From: Promethearchaeota archaeon
GTDB lineage: Archaea > Asgardarchaeota > Lokiarchaeia > Sigyniarchaeales > SOKP01
Direction of reading: 5' to 3'
Assembly (NCBI GenBank): GCA_011364925.1
Contig: RDOA01000040.1
Coordinates: forward strand, 1-34,773
DNA: 34,773 bases
Made by a program: the position numbers and the translations under genes. The notes below the pieces were generated by a model. That model saw only the letters and a list, made by a program, of their open reading frames with translations. It was not told where the DNA came from and made no database searches. Below, in pieces: positions 1 to 9,351 of the stretch (position 1 is the first letter of the stretch; the number at the start of each line of letters is the position of its first letter).

Positions 1-461
1 TCTATTTTATCTTCGTCAATGTGCTCTGGTAAATTAAAGCATCTATAGTATTTTGATGAACGATATTCGCGTCGAATCAATTGACCTTCCTTTTCTTCTT
101 TCTTTTCTTCTTTGCTCTCTCCTTTGATCTCTAGGACGCCATTTTGTATAGTCAGTTCAATATCTCCTTTATTTATTCCAGGTAGTTCTGCTGTGATGTT
201 AAAAGTCTTATCTGTTTCGTGAATATTTGCTAAAGGCGTTCTGAACCGTGGTTCATTGTCTCTAAGGATTAGATTAAGCGGTCGACGATTTCTGCGTCCA
301 AAAGGCCACCAAACATCATCTAGCATGTCATCAAAAAACCGATCCATTTCTTGGAATAAAGAAAACGGACTATCGCGTCGAACTACTATTTCTCTAGCGT
401 CTTTTTTGTCACCATTGGCCATTTCTTTTTTGCTAACTTCTATTTTCTCTTTTTCCGACAT
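1..461 (-). CDS. hsp20: Small heat shock protein Hsp20/alpha-crystallin family (3' end runs off the window; missing from the ORF track)
   Basis: Manual translation from ATG at 461 (GGAGG at 475-471): MSEKEKIEVSKK...SLFQEMDRFFDDM...TPLANIHETDKTFNITAELPGMNKGDIELTIQNGVLEIKGE...LIRREYRSSKYYRCFNLPEHIDEDKI, a typical alpha-crystallin domain. Confidence 0.93.
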   Translation of the reverse strand, partial: MSEKEKIEVSKKEMANGDKKDAREIVVRRDSPFSLFQEMDRFFDDMLDDVWWPFGRRNRRPLNLILRDNEPRFRTPLANIHETDKTFNITAELPGINKGDIELTIQNGVLEIKGESKEEKKEEKEGQLIRREYRSSKYYRCFNLPEHIDEDKI

Positions 462-495
462 AGTTTAATACCTCCATTTTTTGTTAATTGGTTGA

Positions 496-514
496 TGTCA
501 ACTCCAGATTGACA
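496..514. promoter_or_regulatory. Inverted repeat TGTCAA-N7-TTGACA in the hsp20 leader
   Basis: Perfect 6-7-6 palindrome between a minus-strand TATA-like TTTAAATA (549-542) and the RBS. Confidence 0.4.
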
Positions 515-657
515 ATCCTATGTTACAATAAATGCCAAGAATATTTAAATGTTTCGATCACCTAAATTCCATCATAATATGACCTAAAGGTTTCAAGTCC
601 CATTTTAAAAATTTTCTACAAGTAATAAATAATTAAAAAAAGCAAGAAAAAGTGCAA

Positions 658-1233
658 TTATTTCAAAGTTTTGCGCATCAATAGGAAATGTTCATCCTCA
701 TTTACAACCACAAAACCTTCAGATTCGAACAAGGATGATGGACCATGGTAGCTGTGAGCATCTGATAATTCCGTTTGTTTTCTTGGATACGCTTCAATCC
801 AATTAAAGCCCTGTTCTTTTAAAATTTTCATGGCATGTTTTAATAGTTCGCGAGCAATGCCCTTTTTTCTATAAGCAGGAGCAATTAAAAAACACACTAC
901 TGACGCGACTTTTCCTTCAAGACTAGTTTCAGGTTTACTATCAATAGGCGTTTTTTTATAATGTTCCTTTGAATTGATATTACACCATCCTACAGGTTCA
1001 TTATCTGTAAAAGCAAGAAATCCTGTCATTTTTTTATCTTTAATTAACTGGATTGTAGCGTTTCGATTTTGTTCACTTGTGGTTTCCCTCCATTGTTCCA
1101 TCGACCCGGGAAAATGGTAAAAATGACAGTAACATCCAGACCAATCGGGATTATCCGAAAATGCAATGTTATCAAAAAAATGTAGAAAATCGTCGAGTAA
1201 GTCGGGGGTTAAGGCTTTGATTACTAGTTCCAA
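658..1233 (-). CDS. GNAT family N-acetyltransferase
   Basis: CFLIAPAYRKKGIARELL acetyl-CoA motif A; IEAYP and YHG..SLF...GF C-terminal GNAT motifs. TTG start. Confidence 0.88.
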   Translation of the reverse strand: MELVIKALTPDLLDDFLHFFDNIAFSDNPDWSGCYCHFYHFPGSMEQWRETTSEQNRNATIQLIKDKKMTGFLAFTDNEPVGWCNINSKEHYKKTPIDSKPETSLEGKVASVVCFLIAPAYRKKGIARELLKHAMKILKEQGFNWIEAYPRKQTELSDAHSYHGPSSLFESEGFVVVNEDEHFLLMRKTLK

Positions 1234-1393
1234 TTTTTTTTCTACCCCTTGATTGTTATTCTAAATTTGAGCATGATTACTAAAAAATCTATTCTTTTTT
1301 ATAATCTTATATAAGGATTTATAATATCATATATTAACAAATATAGATTTAGTTTAGATAAGGAAATTTTTAAAAATATACTCAACAGTCAGT

Positions 1394-2458
1394 ATGAAGA
1401 AAGTAATAGCAATCACAAGGGGCGATGGTTGTGGTCCCGAAGTTGTTAATGAAGCTATCAAAATACTTCAGATCGTTTCAGATTTCACGGATTTTGATTT
1501 TGAATTGGTAGAGGCACCTGCCGGGGGGGAAGTTTGGAAAAAATATGGGACCAACTTACCTGAAAAATCGTTTGAAATCATTAAAAGTTCAAATGCTTTG
1601 TTATTTGGAGCTTTAGGATTACCTGATTTACCTCCTGGCACCGCAGAGAGCGCAATATTGAAAATACGGCAAGGATTAGATTTGTACGTAAATTTAAGAC
1701 CCGTGAAGCTATACAATGCGCTTCGCGAGCGGTGTCCATTAAAGGACGAATTTATTGGTGAGGGAATAGACCTTACAATTGTGCGGGAAAATACTGAAGG
1801 ACTATATAAGAACATAGGTAGCTTAGAGGAGGACAAAGCAGAAAACATCATGCTTTACACCAGAGAAGGGTGTGAACGAATAATAAAGTACGCGTTTGAA
1901 TATGCTAAAAGAAACGGTCACAGCAAAGTTACTTCCGTTGATAAAGCAAATATCTTGAAACCGAGTCAACTGTGGAGAAAAATATTCCACGACATAAGCA
2001 AAGATTATTCCAATATTACCACAGAAGATATTTATATTGATGCGTTTTGTCAGTGGCTTATTCGGGCACCTTACAAATTTCAAACAGTAGTAACAGGTAA
2101 TATGTTCGGGGATATAATTAGCGACGAGGCTGCATATTTAATTGGGAGTTTAGGTATGGCTCCAAGTGGTAATATTCATCCTGGAAGGGTTTCAATGTAC
2201 GAACCGATTCATGGTTCTGCACCAGATATTGCTGGTAAGGGAATTGCAAACCCTGTCGGGACAATTCTAAGCGTAAAATTAATGATGGAGGAATCGTTTA
2301 ACTCAAGAGAAATAGGAAACGAAATCGATAAGGCTGTTGAAGACGCGCTGCAAGATGGGAGAACTAAGGATATAAAGAGTAGAGAATTAAAAACGCTTTC
2401 TACTATAGAAATGGGCGATTTAATCGCGAATAAATTAAAAGGTAGGTTAAAAGCTTGA
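1394..2458 (+). CDS. leuB: 3-isopropylmalate dehydrogenase (isocitrate/isopropylmalate dehydrogenase family)
   Basis: GDGCGPEV, LKIRQGLDLYVNLRP, RENTEGLY, NMFGDIISD and EPIHGSAPDIAGKGIANP signatures. Confidence 0.82.
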   Translation: MKKVIAITRGDGCGPEVVNEAIKILQIVSDFTDFDFELVEAPAGGEVWKKYGTNLPEKSFEIIKSSNALLFGALGLPDLPPGTAESAILKIRQGLDLYVNLRPVKLYNALRERCPLKDEFIGEGIDLTIVRENTEGLYKNIGSLEEDKAENIMLYTREGCERIIKYAFEYAKRNGHSKVTSVDKANILKPSQLWRKIFHDISKDYSNITTEDIYIDAFCQWLIRAPYKFQTVVTGNMFGDIISDEAAYLIGSLGMAPSGNIHPGRVSMYEPIHGSAPDIAGKGIANPVGTILSVKLMMEESFNSREIGNEIDKAVEDALQDGRTKDIKSRELKTLSTIEMGDLIANKLKGRLKA

Positions 2459-2464
2459 AAATAG

Positions 2465-4027
2465 CTATTTTAGTTTTCGAGTATTCACAATAAGATCTAG
2501 CATAAGAATTAGATGGTCATAGATCTTTTCTCTATAATCGGGACCAATTTTGAGAAATAGAACGGATACAACTTTTTCTTCTAAATCCTTATCGATTATA
2601 AATTCTTCCATTAATTGGGCGTAATATTTATCGTCAGTAACTCTCAACCCTATAAGAACTGCTCTTTTTTTTCTTAACTTCCTAATAATATTCATAAGCG
2701 TTTCTTTCCACTTGGGATCAATGTGTTCTTTTCCACGAGCATCGAAAATAATAAAAACTCCGTCAGAATTAGAGAGGTTAAAATCCTCGTACGTAAAACT
2801 ACTTAATATCAATCCATTCTTGTAGGGATATAATTGTTCATTAAAATCATCTTTAAGTTTTGAGAACTCACCTAATTTATCAATATCTATAATTGTCTGG
2901 AATCCAGGATTCCAATTCAAATTCTCAGTTATGAATGTTAACTCTAATATTACAAGCTCCTTCAAAGTTGAAAGTATGGATTCTGTTAACCTTTCTTGGA
3001 TCAAATCTTTTTCTTTTTCCTTACTTTTAATTATGTAATGATAAGCAATTAATTCAAAAGCTTCTTGAACATTACTTCCTGTGAGTGCACTCGTCTCTAT
3101 ATAGGAGATTTCAGATTCGGACAATGATTTAGCCAAAGCTTTTCCCTCTTCCGAAGTTACTACTCTTTTATCAGTTAAATCATCTTTATTCCCAACAAGA
3201 ACGATTGGAATGTCCTTTTCATCGATAAGCTCATTGAGTTCCTTGTACCATTCTTTTACTTTCTTAAACGAATCTCTGTTAGTAATATCAAACACAATAA
3301 AAGCAGCTTCCGCACCGTTGTAATAAATGCGTCGAAACCGTTTAAAGTATTGCTGAGCTCCAATATCCCAAAGTTGGAGTAAAAGCTCATTACCTTGAAA
3401 GTCAAAATTATGGGCAAAGATGTTTAAACCGATAGTTGCTCGATAATCCTGAGAAAATTTCCGTTCTACAAATTGACGGATGAGAGAAGTTTTTCCTACT
3501 TCGTGATTTCCTACTATTACAAATTTAAATGAATAACTTTGGCACTCATCGGTTTCAGATTTGCATATTGATTCTTTTAATTTAGCGTGCCTTTCTTTTT
3601 CATATTCAAAATCAGGAATTTCTAACTGGAGAACATCTCCCTCTCTTGAATTAAGTATCTGAGCGGATTTCTCTGCTAAAAAGTAGGTATAAGGTGCTAC
3701 TTTTTCTACCGAAGCCATACTATTAAAAATAATACTTAAAATTCGTTCTTCGTCAATAGTGATAAAAAGTAAACGATGCTCGTCCGTATCAAACGATGCG
3801 GTTCCAAACTTCTTGAAACTAAACTCATTTCTTATCCTTTCTAAAACGGGGTTAATTAAAGTTGTTAATACCGAGACAATTTCTAAGTTGCTTTCGGTAT
3901 CTTTCCTTTTTTCTCCAGCAATTACTAAACCTTCATGATCTGATACAATAATTGCCTCGACTTCCGAAAATCTATCTAAAAAATTGTTTAGAATCTCTTT
4001 AAATAATTGTTGTCTGTTTACTAACAC
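2465..4027 (-). CDS. Roadblock/LC7 domain + Rab-like small GTPase + C-terminal degenerate GTPase-like domain (paralog A)
   Basis: N-terminal VEAIIVSDHEGLVIA roadblock strand pattern; G1 GNHEVGKTS, G2 YRATIG, G3 WDIGAQ, G4 NKDD, G5 ETSALTG. GTG start. Confidence 0.85.
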   Translation of the reverse strand: MLVNRQQLFKEILNNFLDRFSEVEAIIVSDHEGLVIAGEKRKDTESNLEIVSVLTTLINPVLERIRNEFSFKKFGTASFDTDEHRLLFITIDEERILSIIFNSMASVEKVAPYTYFLAEKSAQILNSREGDVLQLEIPDFEYEKERHAKLKESICKSETDECQSYSFKFVIVGNHEVGKTSLIRQFVERKFSQDYRATIGLNIFAHNFDFQGNELLLQLWDIGAQQYFKRFRRIYYNGAEAAFIVFDITNRDSFKKVKEWYKELNELIDEKDIPIVLVGNKDDLTDKRVVTSEEGKALAKSLSESEISYIETSALTGSNVQEAFELIAYHYIIKSKEKEKDLIQERLTESILSTLKELVILELTFITENLNWNPGFQTIIDIDKLGEFSKLKDDFNEQLYPYKNGLILSSFTYEDFNLSNSDGVFIIFDARGKEHIDPKWKETLMNIIRKLRKKRAVLIGLRVTDDKYYAQLMEEFIIDKDLEEKVVSVLFLKIGPDYREKIYDHLILMLDLIVNTRKLK

Positions 4028-4144
4028 CGGAATATACCTTCTTGCTGGTTTTTGATCGAGAAGAAATTGTTCCTACCATAAATATAATATAACTTACTTT
4101 TAAAAGTAGTTATTTAAAAACATTAGATTTTAGAGCTATTTTTA

Positions 4145-5719
4145 CTAATTATTTATCGAATTGAGTATAGTACTAAACATAACTTCAAGTTCATCATAGA
4201 TTTCCAAACGATACTCTAGTCCTATCTTAAAAAACAAAAGAGACACTACTTTTTTTTCCAAATATTCGTTAACATTAAATTCTTCCAATATATCTGACCA
4301 ATCGAGCTCTTCAGAAACTCTAATGCCTATTAGAATAAGTTTGTTCTCTTTTAATTCTTGTATAATATTAATTACCACTTCTTTCCATTTTGGATCTATG
4401 TGGTTTTTGTTTCTTGCATCAAAGATAATAAATACACCATCAGAATCTGCAACTTCTATATTGTCAAAAAGAAGATTCTTTATAAGTAATCCGTTAGAGT
4501 ATTTGTACAGTCTTTTTTCTTTATCGTCTAAGATTTTGTCGCACTCACACATATTATTTACTTCATTTAAGATTTGTAACCCTGGACTCCAAAAAGGGTT
4601 TTCCGTAATAAAAGTGATCTCTAACTTCTTAGTCTTATTCAAAATCGAATTCAGCTGATTCATAAGATTTTTTCTTAACTTTTTTTCTTCTCTTTCGTTG
4701 CTTAGCATTATGTAGTGATATGCTATAAGGCTAAACGCGTCTTCCACATTTTCACCCGTTAAAGCACTCGTCTCTATATATGAAAAATCGTTAGTAGCAT
4801 TTTGTTGAGAAAATTCATCTACTAACATTATTCCTTCTTTGTATTGGATTGTTCTGGAATCTGATAAATCTATTTTATTTCCTACTATGACTATAGGAAT
4901 ATTATTTTTCCCAATATGTTCCTTGAGTTCATTATACCACTTTTTTATATTCGAAAAAGAGTTCCTTTCACCCACATCAAAAACTATGAAAGCTGCTTGT
5001 GCTCCAATATAGTAAGTCTTTCGAAATCGTTTAAAATATTCTTGACCTCCCAAATCCCACAATAAAAAGTTCACCTCGTTTCCGTAGAAATCCATTGTAT
5101 GTGAGAGTACATTTAATCCAAGAGTAGAACGATAGTCAAGAGAAAATTTATTATCGACAAATCTTCTAACTATAGATGTCTTCCCTACGGCTTTATCTCC
5201 AACAATTATAAATTTGAATTTATAACTTCCTCCAGAATTTAAACGCATTTGATAAATTTGATCTTTCAATCGACCAGTTTCGCTCGTATCATCAATTTCA
5301 GTTCCAAAAATAGGTATATCAACTTGAATAATATCTTCTTCGCCAGCATTCATAATTTGAGCTGTCTTTTCGGCGAGAAAGTAAACATATGGGCTAATTT
5401 TATCTATAGAAGCTAAAGTATTTAACACAACGCTAAGAGTTGTATCATCGTCGATAGAAATAAAGAGTATTCGATTTTCCTCTGTGTCGAAACTCGCAGA
5501 TCCAAATTTTTTAAAAGCAAATTCCTCCTGAATTCTCTCGAGTACAGGATTTATTAGAGTGGTCAACACTGACACCAACTCCATATCAACGCTCGCTCTT
5601 TTTTGCCCACCAATGATAAAACCTTCACGATCAGAAGCAATAAGTGCATCTACATCGTCGTATTTCAGTAAGAATTTAGTAAATAGCTCATTGAAATACT
5701 GCTTTTTAATTAATGACAT
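4145..5719 (-). CDS. Roadblock/LC7 domain + Rab-like small GTPase + C-terminal degenerate GTPase-like domain (paralog B)
   Basis: VDALIASDREGFIIG roadblock pattern; G1 GDKAVGKTS, G2 YRSTLG, G3 WDLGGQE, G4 NKID, G5 ETSALTG; colinear with paralog A over the full length. Confidence 0.85.
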   Translation of the reverse strand: MSLIKKQYFNELFTKFLLKYDDVDALIASDREGFIIGGQKRASVDMELVSVLTTLINPVLERIQEEFAFKKFGSASFDTEENRILFISIDDDTTLSVVLNTLASIDKISPYVYFLAEKTAQIMNAGEEDIIQVDIPIFGTEIDDTSETGRLKDQIYQMRLNSGGSYKFKFIIVGDKAVGKTSIVRRFVDNKFSLDYRSTLGLNVLSHTMDFYGNEVNFLLWDLGGQEYFKRFRKTYYIGAQAAFIVFDVGERNSFSNIKKWYNELKEHIGKNNIPIVIVGNKIDLSDSRTIQYKEGIMLVDEFSQQNATNDFSYIETSALTGENVEDAFSLIAYHYIMLSNEREEKKLRKNLMNQLNSILNKTKKLEITFITENPFWSPGLQILNEVNNMCECDKILDDKEKRLYKYSNGLLIKNLLFDNIEVADSDGVFIIFDARNKNHIDPKWKEVVINIIQELKENKLILIGIRVSEELDWSDILEEFNVNEYLEKKVVSLLFFKIGLEYRLEIYDELEVMFSTILNSINN

Positions 5720-5822
5720 AATGGATTATGGAATAATACGATTATAATAGGATGTATTATTAAAAACAACATAGACTTAAAAGTGATAATTTTATAATTT
5801 ATTAAATAGTTTACTGATTGAT

Positions 5823-6398
5823 ATGGCTACATGTATTATTTGTCATTTGGGCATCATAGAAGGGTTAGATTCTTCCCAAGATTGCCCTAACGGCCATTTC
5901 GCCCATATTGATTGTTTAAAGGAATGGCTAGTTCATTCTTTAAACTGTCCTCTTTGCAGAGAGCCGTATCCTAAAGAAGTTATTGGCCAATTTAAAGAAT
6001 ATATTGACCTAAAAGAAAACCTAAAACAAATTACTAATGATAAACAAAAAAAACAAGAAGAAGTTAAAAAAATGGAGAGAATTTCTTCAAAAATCTCTTT
6101 TTTAAAATTTGTTGAGTCAATAGAAATTTTAATTAATGAAAAGGAATTTGATTATGCTCTATCACGGTTAGATTTACATAATGACAGTGATATTCCGATC
6201 GAAATACAACAAGATATTCTTTTTTTAATGGGTAAGATAAATTACTTGAGAGGACGTTATGACTTAGCTATTAATCAGCTATTTAAACTAGTAAAAGAAA
6301 ATTACTATTATCCTGAAGGGTTTCTTTACCTTGGAAAGGCATACGAGGCATTAGGTTTAGAAGATAAAGCACAATGGGCGTATGAAAGAGTTAAATAA
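5823..6398 (+). CDS. RING-H2 zinc finger + TPR protein (putative E3 ubiquitin ligase)
   Basis: CIIC..CPNGHFAHIDCLKEW..CPLCR (C3H2C3 with the conserved W and P); C-terminal TPR-like helices (GRYDLAINQL, YLGKAYEALGLEDKAQWAYE). Confidence 0.8.
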   Translation: MATCIICHLGIIEGLDSSQDCPNGHFAHIDCLKEWLVHSLNCPLCREPYPKEVIGQFKEYIDLKENLKQITNDKQKKQEEVKKMERISSKISFLKFVESIEILINEKEFDYALSRLDLHNDSDIPIEIQQDILFLMGKINYLRGRYDLAINQLFKLVKENYYYPEGFLYLGKAYEALGLEDKAQWAYERVK

Positions 6399-6423
6399 GT
6401 CTCTACTTTACTAATATTGTATT

Positions 6424-7824
6424 ATGAAACCTTTTTGTTTGACGATTGCGGGCTCTGATCCTACTTCTGGAGCAGGAATTCAAGCGGATATTAGAACTTT
6501 TGACCAAATCGGAGTTCACCCTTTTTCTGCGATTACAGCAATTACCTATCAAACAGCTACCAATTTCCAAGGGTACAAATCTCTTTCGGATGAATTAGGT
6601 AAACAACTTGACATCATTTTGGACGTTTATCCTGTTCAATATGTAAAAGTGGGAATGATACCAGATGCGAAATCTATCGATATTATTAAAAATGTAATTG
6701 TACATCATAAGTTGACCGTTGTTCTAGATCCAGTTTCTGTTTCTAGTGTTGGTGAAAGGCTTTCGAGCGAAGGTCTTGAATTAGAAATTGAAAGAGAACT
6801 GTTTCCCTTAGCAACAGTTCTGACTCCTAATTTACAGGAAGCTAGTTATTACGCGAATAGAGAGCTTGCTAATAAAACATTAGACGATTTAGAATTTCTT
6901 AAAGATACAGCAAAAAGAATAGTTAAAAAAATGTATAGAGATCAGAAGGTTTCTGAAGTCCAGAAAGCAGTCATCATGAAAAGTTTAGGTATCGATAATA
7001 AAATCGTATTTGACCTGGCTTGCGTGAGTCAATTAATTAATGGTGAAGAAGAGTATATATTTAAAATTTTTAAAAAACCTAAACAAATAATCCACGGAAA
7101 TATTCATGGAACGGGATGCGTATTCTCGTCAGCAATTGCAGCCTATCTTTCATTAGAAAATTCTTTATTTGAATCATTAGAGAAAGCAGAGATGTTTTTT
7201 AACGAACGATTTTCTAACTTTATAGAATTGCCTAATGAAGGAAAGATATTAGATATGACACTTGATAAAGAAAAGGTTAATGTAATTAATCAAATCAAAG
7301 AGATTTACAACTTTATATCAAATAATCGTAACTTTAGCAAATTAGTACCCGAAGTGAGAATGAACATTTCAGGAGCGCTTCCTAACGCCGCTTCCAAAGA
7401 ACAAGTAGCTGGAATTGAAGGGAGAGTTACCGTAGTTGGAGGTTATCCTAAAGCTTCAGGAGAAATAAAATTTGGAGTCTCTGATCATACAGCAAGATTA
7501 ATTCTTGAAGCAAAAAAGTTTGATAAATCCGTCAATTTTGTAGTGAACCTTAAATATAAATTTGAATGGATAAAAAAGATACAAGAGAAAACAGATTTAA
7601 TCCTTCAAGAGATTGACAGAGAACTTCAACCAAAGGAAATAATGTCGACCGAAGAATCCACTATGCAGTGGCTAATAAAGAAGAGCATTAAAAAAATTGG
7701 GAGAATTGCAGACATAATATGGGATAAAGGCTCGATCGGCAAGGAACCTATGTTAAGACTTTTTGGGGAAAACTCTAAAGAGGTCATATATAAATTGGAT
7801 AAAATTATCCAAGTTATCGAATAA
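6424..7824 (+). CDS. thiDN: Bifunctional HMP/HMP-P kinase and thiamine-phosphate synthase (ThiD-ThiN fusion)
   Basis: LTIAGSDPTSGAGIQAD, TPNLQEA and HGTGC (ThiD); PEVRMNI, GIEGR, FGVSDHTAR and GKEPM (ThiN). Confidence 0.92.
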   Translation: MKPFCLTIAGSDPTSGAGIQADIRTFDQIGVHPFSAITAITYQTATNFQGYKSLSDELGKQLDIILDVYPVQYVKVGMIPDAKSIDIIKNVIVHHKLTVVLDPVSVSSVGERLSSEGLELEIERELFPLATVLTPNLQEASYYANRELANKTLDDLEFLKDTAKRIVKKMYRDQKVSEVQKAVIMKSLGIDNKIVFDLACVSQLINGEEEYIFKIFKKPKQIIHGNIHGTGCVFSSAIAAYLSLENSLFESLEKAEMFFNERFSNFIELPNEGKILDMTLDKEKVNVINQIKEIYNFISNNRNFSKLVPEVRMNISGALPNAASKEQVAGIEGRVTVVGGYPKASGEIKFGVSDHTARLILEAKKFDKSVNFVVNLKYKFEWIKKIQEKTDLILQEIDRELQPKEIMSTEESTMQWLIKKSIKKIGRIADIIWDKGSIGKEPMLRLFGENSKEVIYKLDKIIQVIE

Positions 7825-8107
7825 GTCTAATATTTAACAGTTAACTCTTTTTACATAGGATTTTTTAGAAATCAACCCAAATAGATGGTGGAGCTTGAAT
7901 ACTTAATATAAAAGAATTAGAAAATCAAATATCTAATTTGTAGGATTTGAGTATTTTTTTTAATCAACATCGTTTAGAAATCTGTAAGAATGAGACATAC
8001 TCCGATTTTAAAGTAAGTGTACAACTTTTCGAACTGGGTGTACGAAAAATAGGTTTAAAGAAAAGAAAAAAAATAGTTATTTAACGATTTTTTGATGGTA
8101 TACAAAA

Positions 8108-9289
8108 ATGAAACAAAAAAGAAATATCAGGCAGAATAATAAAATATATTATAGTTTATTTGCAGGCATTATACTTTTCCTTTTAACAATATTGTTACCC
8201 GTGTCCAGAGCTGACACAGCAGGACTTCCAACTCGTGGTAATCCTGGTATGGTTTATGATAGTGAATCAGATAAAATAGTTATTTTTGGAGGTTGGAACA
8301 ACACAGATACACCTTATTCAAGTACTTGGGTTTTTGATTATAATTCGGATACCTACGTCAAAAGAGCACCTTCCCCTACACCTCGTAGAAGAGCAGAACC
8401 AGGAATTACTTACGACTTACTAAGAGATATGATAATTCTCTTTGGTGGCAGAGAAAATTTCACCGATACAGGGGATCTTGGGGATTCCTGGATTTATGAT
8501 TATAATTCGGATACATGGACGCGACTTTTTCCAGTTAGTTCCCCTTCAGCCAGGAGAGCCATGAGTATGGCATACGATTCGGAGAGCGATAGGATAGTTC
8601 TTTTCGGAGGGCAGAGCGGTGTTTCCGTGGAAGTGTACTACAATGAGACTTGGGTGGGCAATCCAGGGAGCAATACATGGCAAAAAATGAGTCCTGTATT
8701 AGCCCCCCCAGCTCGAATGAACCATGGTATGGCTTATGACAGTGAAAGCGATCGAATGATCCTTTTTGGAGGATATAGCGGTTCCATTTTCTTCAATGAT
8801 ACATGGGCATACGATTATAACACTAATACTTGGGAGGAGCTCACAAATCCTACTCACCCTTCACCTCGGGGCGCTCACACTATTTCCTACGATAGCGAAT
8901 CAGATAGAATTGTCCTTTTTGGAGGTTCAAGATTGAGTGTAACACTTGATGATACTTGGTTATATGATTATAATACAAATATTTGGGAACAACAAAATCC
9001 ATCTGTAAGTCCATCAGCAAGGAGTCGTCATGGAGCTGCGTATGACTCAGAATCAGATCGATGTATTATCTATGGTGGAACTACAGGAGGCTTCAATAGT
9101 GCTGTTCATATCACAGATGGAAAGACATGGGCATACAATACAAATACGGATACATGGACAGAAGTAGATTTACCACCACCACCACCTCCTACTTTTCCAG
9201 GATATAGTATAGTGTTATTAGTTGCTTCTCTATCTATAATAGTAATTATTCTTAGTAAAAAAATAAAGAAAACTGCGAAGTCAGAATGA
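8108..9289 (+). CDS. Secreted, membrane-anchored kelch-repeat beta-propeller protein with C-terminal PGY-TM-basic tail (Loki-CTERM/PGF-CTERM-like)
   Basis: N-terminal signal peptide; six YDSESDR..LFGG..DTW.YDY..W repeats; poly-Pro linker, FPGY, hydrophobic helix and KKIKK. Confidence 0.85.
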   Translation: MKQKRNIRQNNKIYYSLFAGIILFLLTILLPVSRADTAGLPTRGNPGMVYDSESDKIVIFGGWNNTDTPYSSTWVFDYNSDTYVKRAPSPTPRRRAEPGITYDLLRDMIILFGGRENFTDTGDLGDSWIYDYNSDTWTRLFPVSSPSARRAMSMAYDSESDRIVLFGGQSGVSVEVYYNETWVGNPGSNTWQKMSPVLAPPARMNHGMAYDSESDRMILFGGYSGSIFFNDTWAYDYNTNTWEELTNPTHPSPRGAHTISYDSESDRIVLFGGSRLSVTLDDTWLYDYNTNIWEQQNPSVSPSARSRHGAAYDSESDRCIIYGGTTGGFNSAVHITDGKTWAYNTNTDTWTEVDLPPPPPPTFPGYSIVLLVASLSIIVIILSKKIKKTAKSE

Positions 9290-9351
9290 TGATTACTCAT
9301 CAATCTACCTTCATCCTAAAATAATACTTTTTTTTTAGTTCTTTGTTAATA

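Noticed and set aside
256-468. 70-aa + strand ORF
   Set aside because: Antisense shadow of the hsp20 gene on the minus strand.
8220-9160. DNA repeat array or CRISPR
   Set aside because: The periodicity comes from kelch protein repeats with synonymous divergence; there is no repeat-spacer structure.
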